The position numbers were made by a program, and so were the translations under genes. Below the pieces are notes generated by a model that was not told the origin of the DNA, searched no databases, and was given only the letters and a program-made list of their open reading frames with translations. From NCBI GenBank assembly GCA_963668175.1, contig OY764159.1, forward strand, positions 992,001-1,056,000: a stretch of DNA of 64,000 bases, written 5' to 3'. Shown one piece after another: positions 31,257 through 40,189 of the stretch; position 1 is the first letter of the stretch; each line of letters starts with the position of its first letter. This DNA is from Syntrophales bacterium (GTDB lineage: Bacteria > Desulfobacterota > Syntrophia > Syntrophales > PHBD01).

Positions 31257-32636
31257 ATGAATGTAGTCGTTTTGAACGGCAGCCCCAAGGGTGACGTAAG
31301 CGTTACGATGCAGTACGTCCGCTATATGGAGAAGAAATTCCCCGTCCACCGGTTCTCCTTCGTCCCTGTATCCAAGAGGATTCATAAGATCGAGAAGGAC
31401 GAACAGGCCTTTGGTGACATTATCCGGGAGGTCCGGGCCGCCGACGTCGTCATCTGGGCGTTTCCGCTGTATGTATGCCTGGTGCCCGCCCAATACAAGC
31501 GCTTTATCGAATTGATCCGAGAGAAGAAGGCGGAAGACGCCTTCGCGAATAAATATGCGGCCGTCCTGACCACCTCCGTCCATTTTTACGACCACACGGC
31601 CCACAATTACATGAACGCCGTCTGCTGCGATCTCGGGATGTCCTGTGCCGGTTCCTATTCTGCGGGCATGTACGACCTCCTGAAGAGAGAGGGACGGGAG
31701 ACGTTCGTTCTTTTCGCGGAGGACCTCTTCGGCCGGGTGGAGAAAAATCTGCCCGTTGCGAAGGCCTACCCGGCCCTCATGCCCTCCGTTTTCGGATATT
31801 CGGCGGGAAAGCCGCCCACCCGTATGCCTTTGAACAACAGGAAGATGCTGATCATTGCGGACGACCTGAAGCCCTCTTCCAACCTGGGGGCGATGGTCGA
31901 GAGGCTGGCGGGTTCTTTCGACGGCACGGCGGAGATTGTCCGTCTGGAGGGCCTGGATATGAAAGGGGGCTGCCTAGGATGCCTCCGCTGCGGGTACGAC
32001 AATACCTGCGTCTACGAAGGAAAAGACGGGTTCGTCGACTTTTACAGGGCGAAAGTGAGACCGACCGATATCCTCGTTTTTGCCGGGACGGTCCGCGACC
32101 GCTTCCTGTCGTCGCGCTGGAAGACGTTCTTCGACCGGGCCTTTTTCAACAACCATATTCCTACGCTCTCCGGTAAACAGATAGGCTTCCTTATATCCGG
32201 CCCGGTGATGCAGCTTCCCGATCTCAGAGAGATCGTTGCGGCCTATTGTGAATGGCAGCAGGCCAATCTCGTCGATATCGTCACGGATGAATACGAAGAC
32301 TCCGCGATCGTGGACGGCCTGATCCAGGGGATGGCGGAGAGACTGCTCTGGTCTTCCGCGAAAGGCTATCGGAAACCTGCGACGTTCCGTGGCGTGGCCG
32401 GCCAAAAACTGTTCCGGGACGAAGTATGGGGAAATCTTCGCTTCGTTTTCCAGGCCGATCACCGGCACTACCGGCGCCACGGCTTCTATGATTTTCCCCA
32501 GAAGGATTTCAAAACCCGGCGAAGGAATTTCCTGATGATCATGCTCACGAAAATACCGGCATTCCGGAAGGTTTTCGTGAAGAAGATCAACGAAGAGATG
32601 ATCAAGCCCCTCCAATACGTCGTGGATCATAAATAG
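31257..32636 (+). CDS. Tandem flavodoxin-like (NAD(P)H-dependent FMN reductase / iron-sulfur flavoprotein) protein
   Basis: N-domain LNGSPKG..S.T, FPLY; C-domain GCLGCLRCGYDNTC, KTFFDR. Confidence 0.72.
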   Translation: MNVVVLNGSPKGDVSVTMQYVRYMEKKFPVHRFSFVPVSKRIHKIEKDEQAFGDIIREVRAADVVIWAFPLYVCLVPAQYKRFIELIREKKAEDAFANKYAAVLTTSVHFYDHTAHNYMNAVCCDLGMSCAGSYSAGMYDLLKREGRETFVLFAEDLFGRVEKNLPVAKAYPALMPSVFGYSAGKPPTRMPLNNRKMLIIADDLKPSSNLGAMVERLAGSFDGTAEIVRLEGLDMKGGCLGCLRCGYDNTCVYEGKDGFVDFYRAKVRPTDILVFAGTVRDRFLSSRWKTFFDRAFFNNHIPTLSGKQIGFLISGPVMQLPDLREIVAAYCEWQQANLVDIVTDEYEDSAIVDGLIQGMAERLLWSSAKGYRKPATFRGVAGQKLFRDEVWGNLRFVFQADHRHYRRHGFYDFPQKDFKTRRRNFLMIMLTKIPAFRKVFVKKINEEMIKPLQYVVDHK

Positions 32637-32696
32637 AGAGCGGTTTCGGGATGGCGTGCGTCGCGCATCGGTGAGGCGGTGATGGTACGGGGAATG

Positions 32697-33260
32697 CTAT
32701 CTGAGGCGGTAATCGAAAGTGGCCACGATGTGCAGTCTGCTGAGATTCAGGTTGGCGGGAAGGGGTTCATAGGGATGGGCCGATTTGATGACGGAAATCA
32801 CGCCCTGGTCCAACAACTCCGATCCTGACGACGTGATGACCCAGCTTTCCGCCAGGGCTCCGTTGCGATTGATGGTGAATTTGACGACGGTCGTTCCTTC
32901 TTCCCTCTGTTCGGCGGCCTTCGGTGGATATACCCAAAGCTGGTCGATTCTTCTTTTGATCTTCCTTAAGTAGGGAACATACTTCTCGTCGGCGCTGCTT
33001 AAGCTTACCGTATCTTCCCTGACCGCCGCGGCCCCGGAGGCGCTGTCGGGGTTGTTGCGAGGCGCAGGCGTTTCCTTCTTGTCCTGCTTTTCGACGGGTT
33101 TCTCTTTCGGCATGGAGACGGATTCGGTGAGGTCGACCATCAGGACGTTCTGGGCTTTCGGTTTGCCGCGAAGCTCGATCATTCCTGCCAGCGAAATGAT
33201 GACCATATGGCTCGTCAAAGAGATGATGACGCAAATCGTCAATATTTTTCTGGACGGCAT
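32697..33260 (-). CDS. Energy transducer TonB-family protein
   Basis: N-terminal TM with SxxxH; YP..A...REEG..VVKFTI; SSG..LLD. Confidence 0.82.
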   Translation of the reverse strand: MPSRKILTICVIISLTSHMVIISLAGMIELRGKPKAQNVLMVDLTESVSMPKEKPVEKQDKKETPAPRNNPDSASGAAAVREDTVSLSSADEKYVPYLRKIKRRIDQLWVYPPKAAEQREEGTTVVKFTINRNGALAESWVITSSGSELLDQGVISVIKSAHPYEPLPANLNLSRLHIVATFDYRLR

Positions 33261-33505
33261 GAGAGTATTCCCCTACAAAATAAATTGTTTATAAAAATTT
33301 AGAAGAAAAATCAATGAATTTTAGGCCCGAAGGGCGATAGGGGTCGCGCCTCGGCCTGGTACGACGGGCTATTGTATCTGCCTTCTCCGCCGCCCGGCTG
33401 TGAATCGGGACACAAAATGACGTCTTTTTGTACGGTACGTCTTGACAAATAGTCCAAAATCCTATTTCTATGCGCTGCAAAATTTTACCGCCGGGGTTCA
33501 CCTTG

Positions 33506-33991
33506 ATGGCAGATATCGTCCGCGACGAGGGTTATATGGCGTTGGCGCTCAAAGAGGCGGAAAACGCCTTTGCGGCGGGGGAAATCCCTGTCGGCGCCCT
33601 GGTCGTTCTCGGCGACGATGTTATCGCCTCGGCGCACAACCGGCCGATCGGCAGTAACGATCCTACTGCCCATGCCGAAATCCTGGCGCTTCGTTCGGCG
33701 GCGGATAAAATCGGCAACTACCGCCTGACCGGGGCGACGGTCTATGTGACCCTGGAGCCCTGCCTCATGTGCGCCGGGGCGATGGTCCATGCCCGGATTA
33801 AGCGCCTGGTCTTCGGGGCCTGCGACGGCAAAAGCGGCGCCGTCGTGTCCCTTTACCGCCTTTTTGACGACGAAAGATTGAATCACCGCATTGATTTTGC
33901 GGGGGGAATTCTGCAGGAGCCATGTGGTGAAATTTTGAGTAGATTTTTTCGAGAAAAGAGGATAACATCGCCGCCCGCTTCGGCCGTATGA
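33506..33991 (+). CDS. tadA: tRNA adenosine(34) deaminase
   Basis: EIPVGA, HAE, TLEPCLMC. Confidence 0.93.
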   Translation: MADIVRDEGYMALALKEAENAFAAGEIPVGALVVLGDDVIASAHNRPIGSNDPTAHAEILALRSAADKIGNYRLTGATVYVTLEPCLMCAGAMVHARIKRLVFGACDGKSGAVVSLYRLFDDERLNHRIDFAGGILQEPCGEILSRFFREKRITSPPASAV

Positions 33992-34001
33992 GCCATCTTG
34001 C

Positions 34002-34095
34002 GGAGAGATACCGAAGTGGTCGTAACGGGATCGACTCGAAATCGATTTGGGGGCCAAAAGCTCCCACGGGGGTTCGAATCCCCCTCTCTCCGCCA
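34002..34095 (+). tRNA. tRNA-Ser(CGA)
   Basis: GGAGAGA/TCTCTCC-GCCA, anticodon arm ATCGA-CTCGAAA-TCGAT, long variable arm. Confidence 0.93.
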
Positions 34096-34163
34096 TTTTA
34101 TATTTGCGGGTTGAATAGCTGAAGGCAGTACCTCTGAGTTCTTGATGTACATCGATTTGATGT

Positions 34164-34257
34164 GGAGAGATGTCCGAGAGGCCGAAGGAGCACGACTGGA
34201 AATCGTGTGTATGCCCACAAAGGTGTACCGCGGGTTCGAATCCCGCTCTCTCCGCCA
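34164..34257 (+). tRNA. tRNA-Ser(GGA)
   Basis: Anticodon arm CACGA-CTGGAAA-TCGTG, long variable arm, GCCA end. Confidence 0.94.
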
Positions 34258-34302
34258 TTTCATCGAATGGTCGGGATCGAAATAGGTCCGAAACACTGAT
34301 TT

Positions 34303-34404
34303 GATAGCCGGGTCCCGTGCAACGTAGTATTGCAAACCCCGTCAGGTCCGGAAGGAAGCAGCGGTAGCAACGAACTGCGTGTGCCGCGGGGAAACCTGGC
34401 TATC
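34303..34404 (+). ncRNA. ffs: Signal recognition particle RNA (small, 4.5S type)
   Basis: Domain IV motif GTCAGGTCCGGAAGGAAGCAGC; closing stem GATAGCC/GGCTATC; lies upstream of dnaX. Confidence 0.93.
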
Positions 34405-34454
34405 ATTTTTTAATTTTTCCTCAAAGGCAGAGGAATCCCGCCGCGGGAGTATCC

Positions 34455-36164
34455 ATGGAGTACCTTGTTCTGGCCCGGAAATGGCGCCCCCAGTCGTTTG
34501 AAGATGTTGTGGGACAGGACCATATCGTCCAGACCTTGAGGAACGCGATCGGCCACAACCGCATCGCCCATGCGCTGCTGTTCGGCGGCCCGCGGGGCGT
34601 CGGCAAGACGTCGGTGGCCCGCATCATGGCGAAGGCCGTGAACTGCGAAACCGGTCCGACGGAGACCCCCTGCAACCAATGCCATAATTGCCGCGAGATC
34701 ACGGAAGGCATCTCCATAGACGTCCGGGAAATTGACGGCGCCTCGAACCGCGGTATCGACGAAATCAGGGAACTCCGCGAGTACCTTAAATTCGCCCCCG
34801 TTTCCTCCCGCTATAAGATCTATATCATCGACGAAGTGCACATGCTCACCCGGGAGGCCTTCAATGCCCTCTTGAAGACGCTCGAAGAGCCGCCCGCCCA
34901 TGTCCTCTTCATTTTTGCCACGACGGAAGTGCACAAGGTCCCGGCGACGATCCTGTCCCGCTGCCAGCGCTACGATTTCCGGAGGGTTTCTCTGCGCCAG
35001 ATCGCCGAAAGCCTGCGAAGGATAGCCGATGCGGAGAAAATCCAGGTCAGCGACAAGGGACTGAAGTGGATCGCCGCGGCAGGGGACGGCAGCATGCGCG
35101 ACTCCCAGAGCATTTTCGACCAGGTCATTTCTTACGCGGGCTATGAGATTGCGGACGGCGCCGTCGAGGAAATCCTGGGACTCACGGATAAGCAGTTCTT
35201 CTTAACCATGTCCGCTGCCGTTTTTGAACGGGACGCCGGTGGTTGCCTCAAGATCATCGACCGGGCCTATTATGCCGGCATCGACATGAAGGTCTTCTAT
35301 CAGGCGCTCCTGGCCCATTTCCGAAATCTTTTCCTCATAAAGATTATCGGGGCCGACCGCGAGATCCTGGAGCTTACGGCGGATGAACTTGCGGAGCTCT
35401 CCGCCCAGACGGACAATGTATCGAAGGAGACACTCCAGCGGCTTCTCGATATCCTCATGGCGGAGGACGAGCCCATAAGGAGAAGCGCGAATCCCCGTTT
35501 GACTCTGGAGACGACCCTGGTCCGCATGGCCCATCTCCCTCCGCTGATCCCGGTTGACGCCATCCTGACCCGGATGGAGGAACTGGAGAAAAGGCTGTCG
35601 GCGGGGGGAGAAAGACCGGGACGAAAAAAGGATAAGATAGGCGAGACTCTGCCTCCGGCGGCATCCCGGCCGGAAGACCCGGTACCCGCTGCGGCTTTCC
35701 AGGCGACAGAAGAGAAGCCCGCGGCCGGATTCCACGAAGTCAGGGAAGACCGGTCTCCGGATCAGCTCTGGCGGGATATGCAGACCTTCATCAAGGAGCA
35801 GAACCCTCTGCTCTCGACCAAGATCGAGAAGGGCAAGTTCCTTGCGTGCGAAGACGGGGCCGTCGAGATTGGGTTTCCCGGCGATTATATTTTTCTTGAC
35901 GATATCCGAGAAAAGGATCAAAAAGATCGACTCGCCGAACTGGTCGCAGCCTTTTTCGGGAGAGAGATGGCTGTTCGCATAACGGCGATCGATCCGCCTC
36001 CGGAAGTGAAATACGGTCAGGGGGACAAGAAGGTTTCGAAAGCGAACGGCGTCCAGGAAGTCAAAAGGGAGGCCTTGAGCCATCCCATGCTGCAGAAGGT
36101 GCTCGATGTCTTCGGCAGCGCCGAGATCCGTGAGGTTATCGCCAGGAAGAACCAGGGAGAGTGA
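34455..36164 (+). CDS. dnaX: DNA polymerase III subunit gamma/tau
   Basis: LARKWRPQ, GPRGVGKT, DEVHML, LKTLEEPP, SRC. Confidence 0.97.
   Translation: MEYLVLARKWRPQSFEDVVGQDHIVQTLRNAIGHNRIAHALLFGGPRGVGKTSVARIMAKAVNCETGPTETPCNQCHNCREITEGISIDVREIDGASNRGIDEIRELREYLKFAPVSSRYKIYIIDEVHMLTREAFNALLKTLEEPPAHVLFIFATTEVHKVPATILSRCQRYDFRRVSLRQIAESLRRIADAEKIQVSDKGLKWIAAAGDGSMRDSQSIFDQVISYAGYEIADGAVEEILGLTDKQFFLTMSAAVFERDAGGCLKIIDRAYYAGIDMKVFYQALLAHFRNLFLIKIIGADREILELTADELAELSAQTDNVSKETLQRLLDILMAEDEPIRRSANPRLTLETTLVRMAHLPPLIPVDAILTRMEELEKRLSAGGERPGRKKDKIGETLPPAASRPEDPVPAAAFQATEEKPAAGFHEVREDRSPDQLWRDMQTFIKEQNPLLSTKIEKGKFLACEDGAVEIGFPGDYIFLDDIREKDQKDRLAELVAAFFGREMAVRITAIDPPPEVKYGQGDKKVSKANGVQEVKREALSHPMLQKVLDVFGSAEIREVIARKNQGE
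35603..35635 (+). other. Candidate programmed -1 ribosomal frameshift signal in dnaX
   Basis: GGGGGGAG, 13 nt, then A-AAA-AAG in the 0 frame (35624-35630); the -1 frame reads GGA TAA. Confidence 0.65.
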
Positions 36165-36187
36165 GGTTGTAAAAGGAGGTATGTCCC

Positions 36188-36502
36188 ATGTCGCATAATA
36201 TCGGCAACATCATGAAGCAAGCCAGGAAACTCCAGGAACGGATTGCCCAGCTGCAGAAGGAACTGGAAAGTAAAACGGTGGAAGCGTCGGCCGGCGGCGG
36301 CATGGTGTCTGTCGCCGTGAACGGCAAGAACGAGGTTGTTTTCCTGAAGATTGAAAAGGACGTGGTCAATCCTGAAGAGATCGACATGCTTCAGGACCTG
36401 ATCATGGCGGCAGTCAACGAGGGTATACGCAAGTCGCAGGAAATGGCGGCGTCGGAGATGTCCAAGATAACCGGCGGGATGTCCATCCCCGGCCTGGTTT
36501 AG
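36188..36502 (+). CDS. ybaB: YbaB/EbfC nucleoid-associated protein
   Basis: MKQA..LQ, AGGGMV, MLQDLIMAAVN; lies between dnaX and recR. Confidence 0.93.
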   Translation: MSHNIGNIMKQARKLQERIAQLQKELESKTVEASAGGGMVSVAVNGKNEVVFLKIEKDVVNPEEIDMLQDLIMAAVNEGIRKSQEMAASEMSKITGGMSIPGLV

Positions 36503-36513
36503 GAGCCGCGCAC

Positions 36514-37119
36514 ATGTCCGGTTATGCCCTCCCCATCAGGCGGCTGATCAAGGAACTGGCCCGTTTCCCCGGGATAGGCGAGAAGACGGCGACGCGGCTT
36601 GCCATGTATGTCATTCATACCGAGGAAGACGATGCCGTAAGGCTCGCCGAAAGTATCCTGGAGGTCAAGCGCAAGATCCGCCTCTGCGCCACCTGTTTCA
36701 ACCTCTCCGAAGAGGAACGCTGCGAGATATGCCAGGACGCCAGCCGTGACCCTGCCTGTATCTGCGTCGTCGAGGAACCCGATTCTCTCATTGCCATTGA
36801 AGAAAGCGGCACTTTCCGCGGGACGTACCATGTCCTCCACGGCGCCCTGTCGCCGCTGGACGGGATCGGTCCGGACAATCTGCGAATCCAGGAGTTGCTG
36901 AGCCGTGTCGCCAATCACGCGGTGCGGGAGATTATCGTGGCAACCAACCCCAATGTCCAGGGAGAGGCGACCGCCCTACTGATTACGAAACTGCTCAAGG
37001 AGTCGGGTGTCCAGGTGAGCCGTATCGCCATGGGGATACCCGTCGGCGGGGATCTGAAGCATACGGACAGGATGACGCTCGGGAAGGCCCTGGAATTCCG
37101 CCGGAGGATGCAGGACTGA
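36514..37119 (+). CDS. recR: Recombination mediator RecR
   Basis: PGIGEKTA, C4 zinc finger, YHVLHG, GEATA. Confidence 0.96.
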   Translation: MSGYALPIRRLIKELARFPGIGEKTATRLAMYVIHTEEDDAVRLAESILEVKRKIRLCATCFNLSEEERCEICQDASRDPACICVVEEPDSLIAIEESGTFRGTYHVLHGALSPLDGIGPDNLRIQELLSRVANHAVREIIVATNPNVQGEATALLITKLLKESGVQVSRIAMGIPVGGDLKHTDRMTLGKALEFRRRMQD

Positions 37120-37967
37120 TGAGCGCTCTTCGCGAAATACCGTGCGCCGTCATCACGGATGCGGTCAGAAGGCTCTTCATCGAGGCCAACTGCGAACTGG
37201 GCGAAGACGTCCTGGCCGCCGTCAGCCGGTCCGCCGCCTCGGAAAGGACCGAACTCGGACGGGATGTCCTGGAAAAGATCATTGAAAATGCCTCGATTGC
37301 CAGGCAGGAAGCGGTTCCTCTCTGCCAGGATACGGGGCTGGCCCTGGTCTTTGCCGAAATCGGGCAGGATGTCCATGTCGTCGGCGGCCTTTTCGGCGAG
37401 GCAGTCCAGGAAGGCGTGAGGCAGGCCTACCGTGACGGTTATCTCAGAAAATCCGTCTGCGATCCGTTCTCCCGCATGAATACGGGCGATAATACCCCGG
37501 CCGTCATTCACATGGAATTGGTGGCCGGCGACCGCATCAGGATCGTCGCCATGCCCAAGGGCGGCGGCAGTGAGAATATGAGCAGCCTGACGATGCTGGT
37601 TCCTTCCGCCGGGAGAGACGAGATCGTGAAGCACATCGTCGGCAGGGTCAAAGAGGCCGGTCCCAACCCCTGTCCGCCCGTTATCGTCGGTGTCGGCATC
37701 GGCGGTTCGATGGAAAAGGCCGTGATCATGGCGAAGAAGTCCCTCCTGCGGCCCGTGGGACAGGCCAGCCCGGATGAGCGGCTGGCCGGGCTTGAAATGG
37801 AAATACTCAAAAAGGTCAACAGGTTGGGGATAGGCCCCCAGGGTTACGGGGGAGACGTTACCGCCCTGGCGGTTCATGTCGAGGCGATGCCGTGCCATAT
37901 AGCGAGCCTGCCCGTGGCCGTCAATATCCAGTGCCATGTGGCCCGCCACAAGGAGGCCGTCGTCTGA
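37119..37967 (+). CDS. Fe-S hydro-lyase alpha subunit (class I fumarate hydratase / tartrate dehydratase family)
   Basis: PLCQDTG, KGGGSEN, PCPP, PCHIASLP, CH..R. Confidence 0.9.
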   Translation: MSALREIPCAVITDAVRRLFIEANCELGEDVLAAVSRSAASERTELGRDVLEKIIENASIARQEAVPLCQDTGLALVFAEIGQDVHVVGGLFGEAVQEGVRQAYRDGYLRKSVCDPFSRMNTGDNTPAVIHMELVAGDRIRIVAMPKGGGSENMSSLTMLVPSAGRDEIVKHIVGRVKEAGPNPCPPVIVGVGIGGSMEKAVIMAKKSLLRPVGQASPDERLAGLEMEILKKVNRLGIGPQGYGGDVTALAVHVEAMPCHIASLPVAVNIQCHVARHKEAVV

Positions 37968-37968
37968 G

Positions 37969-38517
37969 ATGAAGGGACCGATTGCCATTAAAACCCCCTT
38001 GAACGACGATGTCTGCCGGAGCCTTCAGGCGGGAGACCGTGTCGCCATCAGCGGGACCGTTTATGCCTTGCGGGATGCCGCCCACCGCAGAATCGCCGAA
38101 GCCGTCGGGCGCGGCAAAGAGCCGCCCATACCCCTTGCCGGATCTGTCATTTTTTATGCCGCTCCGACACCGGCCAAACCGGGAAGAATCATCGGCTCCA
38201 TGGGGCCGACGACCAGCACCAGGATGGACCGGTATACGCCCGGCTTTCTGGAACTGGGGCTTAAAGGTATGATCGGCAAAGGAAAACGGTCCGAAGAGGT
38301 CCGGTCGGCCATTGAACGGCATCAGGCCGTCTATTTCGGGGCCATCGGCGGCGTTGCTGCGCTTATGTCGAGATTTATCAAACAGTTGGAAGTTTTTGCC
38401 TATGAGGACCTGGGAACGGAGGCTATCCTGAAACTGGAGATTGCCGACTTTCCCGCCGTCGTCTTGATCGACAGCCGGGGGCGGGACCTGTTCCGGTCCA
38501 TCGCAGAGAAAGGATAA
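37969..38517 (+). CDS. Fe-S hydro-lyase beta subunit
   Basis: RDAAH, GPTTSTRMD, MIGKG. Confidence 0.9.
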   Translation: MKGPIAIKTPLNDDVCRSLQAGDRVAISGTVYALRDAAHRRIAEAVGRGKEPPIPLAGSVIFYAAPTPAKPGRIIGSMGPTTSTRMDRYTPGFLELGLKGMIGKGKRSEEVRSAIERHQAVYFGAIGGVAALMSRFIKQLEVFAYEDLGTEAILKLEIADFPAVVLIDSRGRDLFRSIAEKG

Positions 38518-38565
38518 TGCTTTTTTCGGGAAAAAAATCTTTCCCTGAAAATAAGTAAAAATTGC

Positions 38566-38594
38566 TTGACAAATATAAAATATGAAACTAAGTT
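38566..38594 (+). promoter_or_regulatory. Sigma70 promoter of the tRNA cluster, with AT-rich UP region
   Basis: TTGACA-17 nt-TAAGTT. Confidence 0.65.
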
Positions 38595-38684
38595 TCTCAA
38601 TTCGCATTCCATACGAATAGGGTGTGGTCTGCGTTTTTATAGTCAAGTTAATGTTATTCTTGAATAAAGGGAGATAGCGTCTCG

Positions 38685-38760
38685 GCTGGCGTAGCTCAAT
38701 CGGTAGAGCAGCTGATTTGTAATCAGCAGGTTGCGGGTTCGAGTCCCATCGCCAGCTCCA
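38685..38760 (+). tRNA. tRNA-Thr(TGT)
   Basis: GCTGA-TTTGTAA-TCAGC anticodon arm; CCA end. Confidence 0.95.
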
Positions 38761-38776
38761 GAAATGCAAAAAGATC

Positions 38777-38861
38777 GGAGGGGTTCCCGAGCGGCCAAAG
38801 GGAGCAGACTGTAAATCTGCCGGCGGAGCCTACGGAGGTTCGAATCCTCCCCCCTCCACCA
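38777..38861 (+). tRNA. tRNA-Tyr(GTA)
   Basis: GCAGA-CTGTAAA-TCTGC; variable arm; ACCA end. Confidence 0.95.
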
Positions 38862-38874
38862 TTTCATATGGTGA

Positions 38875-38950
38875 GCGGGAGTAGCTCAGGGGCTAGAGCG
38901 TCAGCCTTCCAAGCTGAGGGTCGCGGGTTCGAATCCCGTTTCCCGCTCCA
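38875..38950 (+). tRNA. tRNA-Gly(TCC)
   Basis: TCAGC-CTTCCAA-GCTGA; TCCA end. Confidence 0.95.
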
Positions 38951-38990
38951 TCATAAAGGATTGCGCAGAACTAATCGATATTATTTGCAG

Positions 38991-39066
38991 GCCCACGTAG
39001 CTCAGTCGGTAGAGCACATCCTTGGTAAGGATGAGGTCACCAGTTCAATCCTGGTCGTGGGCTCCA
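38991..39066 (+). tRNA. tRNA-Thr(GGT)
   Basis: ATCC-TTGGTAA-GGAT; TCCA end. Confidence 0.95.
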
Positions 39067-39089
39067 TGGCAAGAAAGAAGGCATAATCT

Positions 39090-39239
39090 ATGAGGAGTAT
39101 CATTACCCTTGCGTGTACGGAATGCAAGCAGAGGAACTATACCTCGACCAAGAACAAAAGAACGATGCAGAACCGCCTGGAACTGAAAAAATACTGCAAG
39201 TTTTGTCGCGCCCACAAATTGCACAGGGAAACCAAATAA
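39090..39239 (+). CDS. rpmG: 50S ribosomal protein L33 (Zn-binding C+ type)
   Basis: Manual translation [49 protein letters not shown] (too short for the ORF track). Confidence 0.95.
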   Translation: MRSIITLACTECKQRNYTSTKNKRTMQNRLELKKYCKFCRAHKLHRETK

Positions 39240-39273
39240 CATGTGCATCATATGGTGATCGTTTTATATCAAC

Positions 39274-39350
39274 AGGCCAGTAGCTCTAATGGATAGAGCG
39301 CCGGACTCCAAATCCGGATGCTGGGGGTTCGAGTCCCTCCTGGCCTGCCA
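39274..39350 (+). tRNA. tRNA-Trp(CCA)
   Basis: CCGGA-CTCCAAA-TCCGG; GCCA end; lies before secE. Confidence 0.94.
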
Positions 39351-39382
39351 TTTATTTTGGCAATAATCAGGGGCAATCTTAC

Positions 39383-39586
39383 ATGGATAAGGTGAAGGCT
39401 ATACTGGAGAAGGTCAAGGCTTTTCTGAAAGAGGCAAAGGTCGAACTGAGAAAGGTAACCTGGCCGTCGCGCAAGCAGACTCTCACTTCGACGTCCGTCG
39501 TGGTTCTTCTGGTCGTAGTCGTTTCGATATTCCTCGGGATCATCGATTTCGGCATTGCACATTTCCTTAAGTGGGTTTTAGGATAA
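39383..39586 (+). CDS. secE: Preprotein translocase SecE
   Basis: ELRKVTWP plus one TM helix. Confidence 0.95.
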   Translation: MDKVKAILEKVKAFLKEAKVELRKVTWPSRKQTLTSTSVVVLLVVVVSIFLGIIDFGIAHFLKWVLG

Positions 39587-39589
39587 CTT

Positions 39590-40120
39590 ATGGCATTCAA
39601 GTGGTATGTCGTCCATACATATTCGGGTTTTGAAAACAGGGTGAAGCTTTCTCTCAAGGAACGCATCGAGACGGAAGGCATGCAGGAATATTTTTCCGAT
39701 ATCCTGATTCCCGAAGAGGATGTCGTAGAGCTGAAATCGGGCGAGAAGAAGACCTCGAAGCGCAAGTTCTTTCCCGGCTATATCCTGGTCCGAATGGAGA
39801 TGAACGACAATACCTGGCATATCGTGAAGAATACCCCGAAAGTGACGGGTTTCATCGGCAGCAAGGAAAAACCCTCTCCTATTCCGGACAAGGATGTGGA
39901 GAGTTTAAGAACGCGAATCGACGAAGGGACATTGAAACCCAAACCGAAGTTCAAATTCGATGTGGGCGACCATGTCCGCATTATCGACGGCCCCTTTACG
40001 AATTTTGACGGTCTCATCGACGAGGTAAAGCCGGAAAAAGGCAAATTGCGCGTGATCGTCAGTATCTTCGGCCGGTCGACGCCGGTGGAATTGGATTTCA
40101 TTCAGGTCGTACAGAATTAG
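39590..40120 (+). CDS. nusG: Transcription factor NusG
   Basis: WYVVHTYSG, FFPGY, KOW motif, IFGRSTPVEL. Confidence 0.98.
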   Translation: MAFKWYVVHTYSGFENRVKLSLKERIETEGMQEYFSDILIPEEDVVELKSGEKKTSKRKFFPGYILVRMEMNDNTWHIVKNTPKVTGFIGSKEKPSPIPDKDVESLRTRIDEGTLKPKPKFKFDVGDHVRIIDGPFTNFDGLIDEVKPEKGKLRVIVSIFGRSTPVELDFIQVVQN

Positions 40121-40189
40121 AAAGACAGCGGGGAGAAAGCCCTCCGTCTTTTGACGCGGAAAAAATAATACCATTACAGGGTGATTATC

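Noticed and set aside
39066..39086. Mini-ORF ATG GCA AGA AAG AAG GCA TAA (MARKKA), resembling the tuf start (MAKKK), at the usual tufB position
   Set aside because: Its ATG overlaps the tRNA CCA, the match is very short, and the purine run is explained as the rpmG SD. It cannot be supported as a tuf scar.
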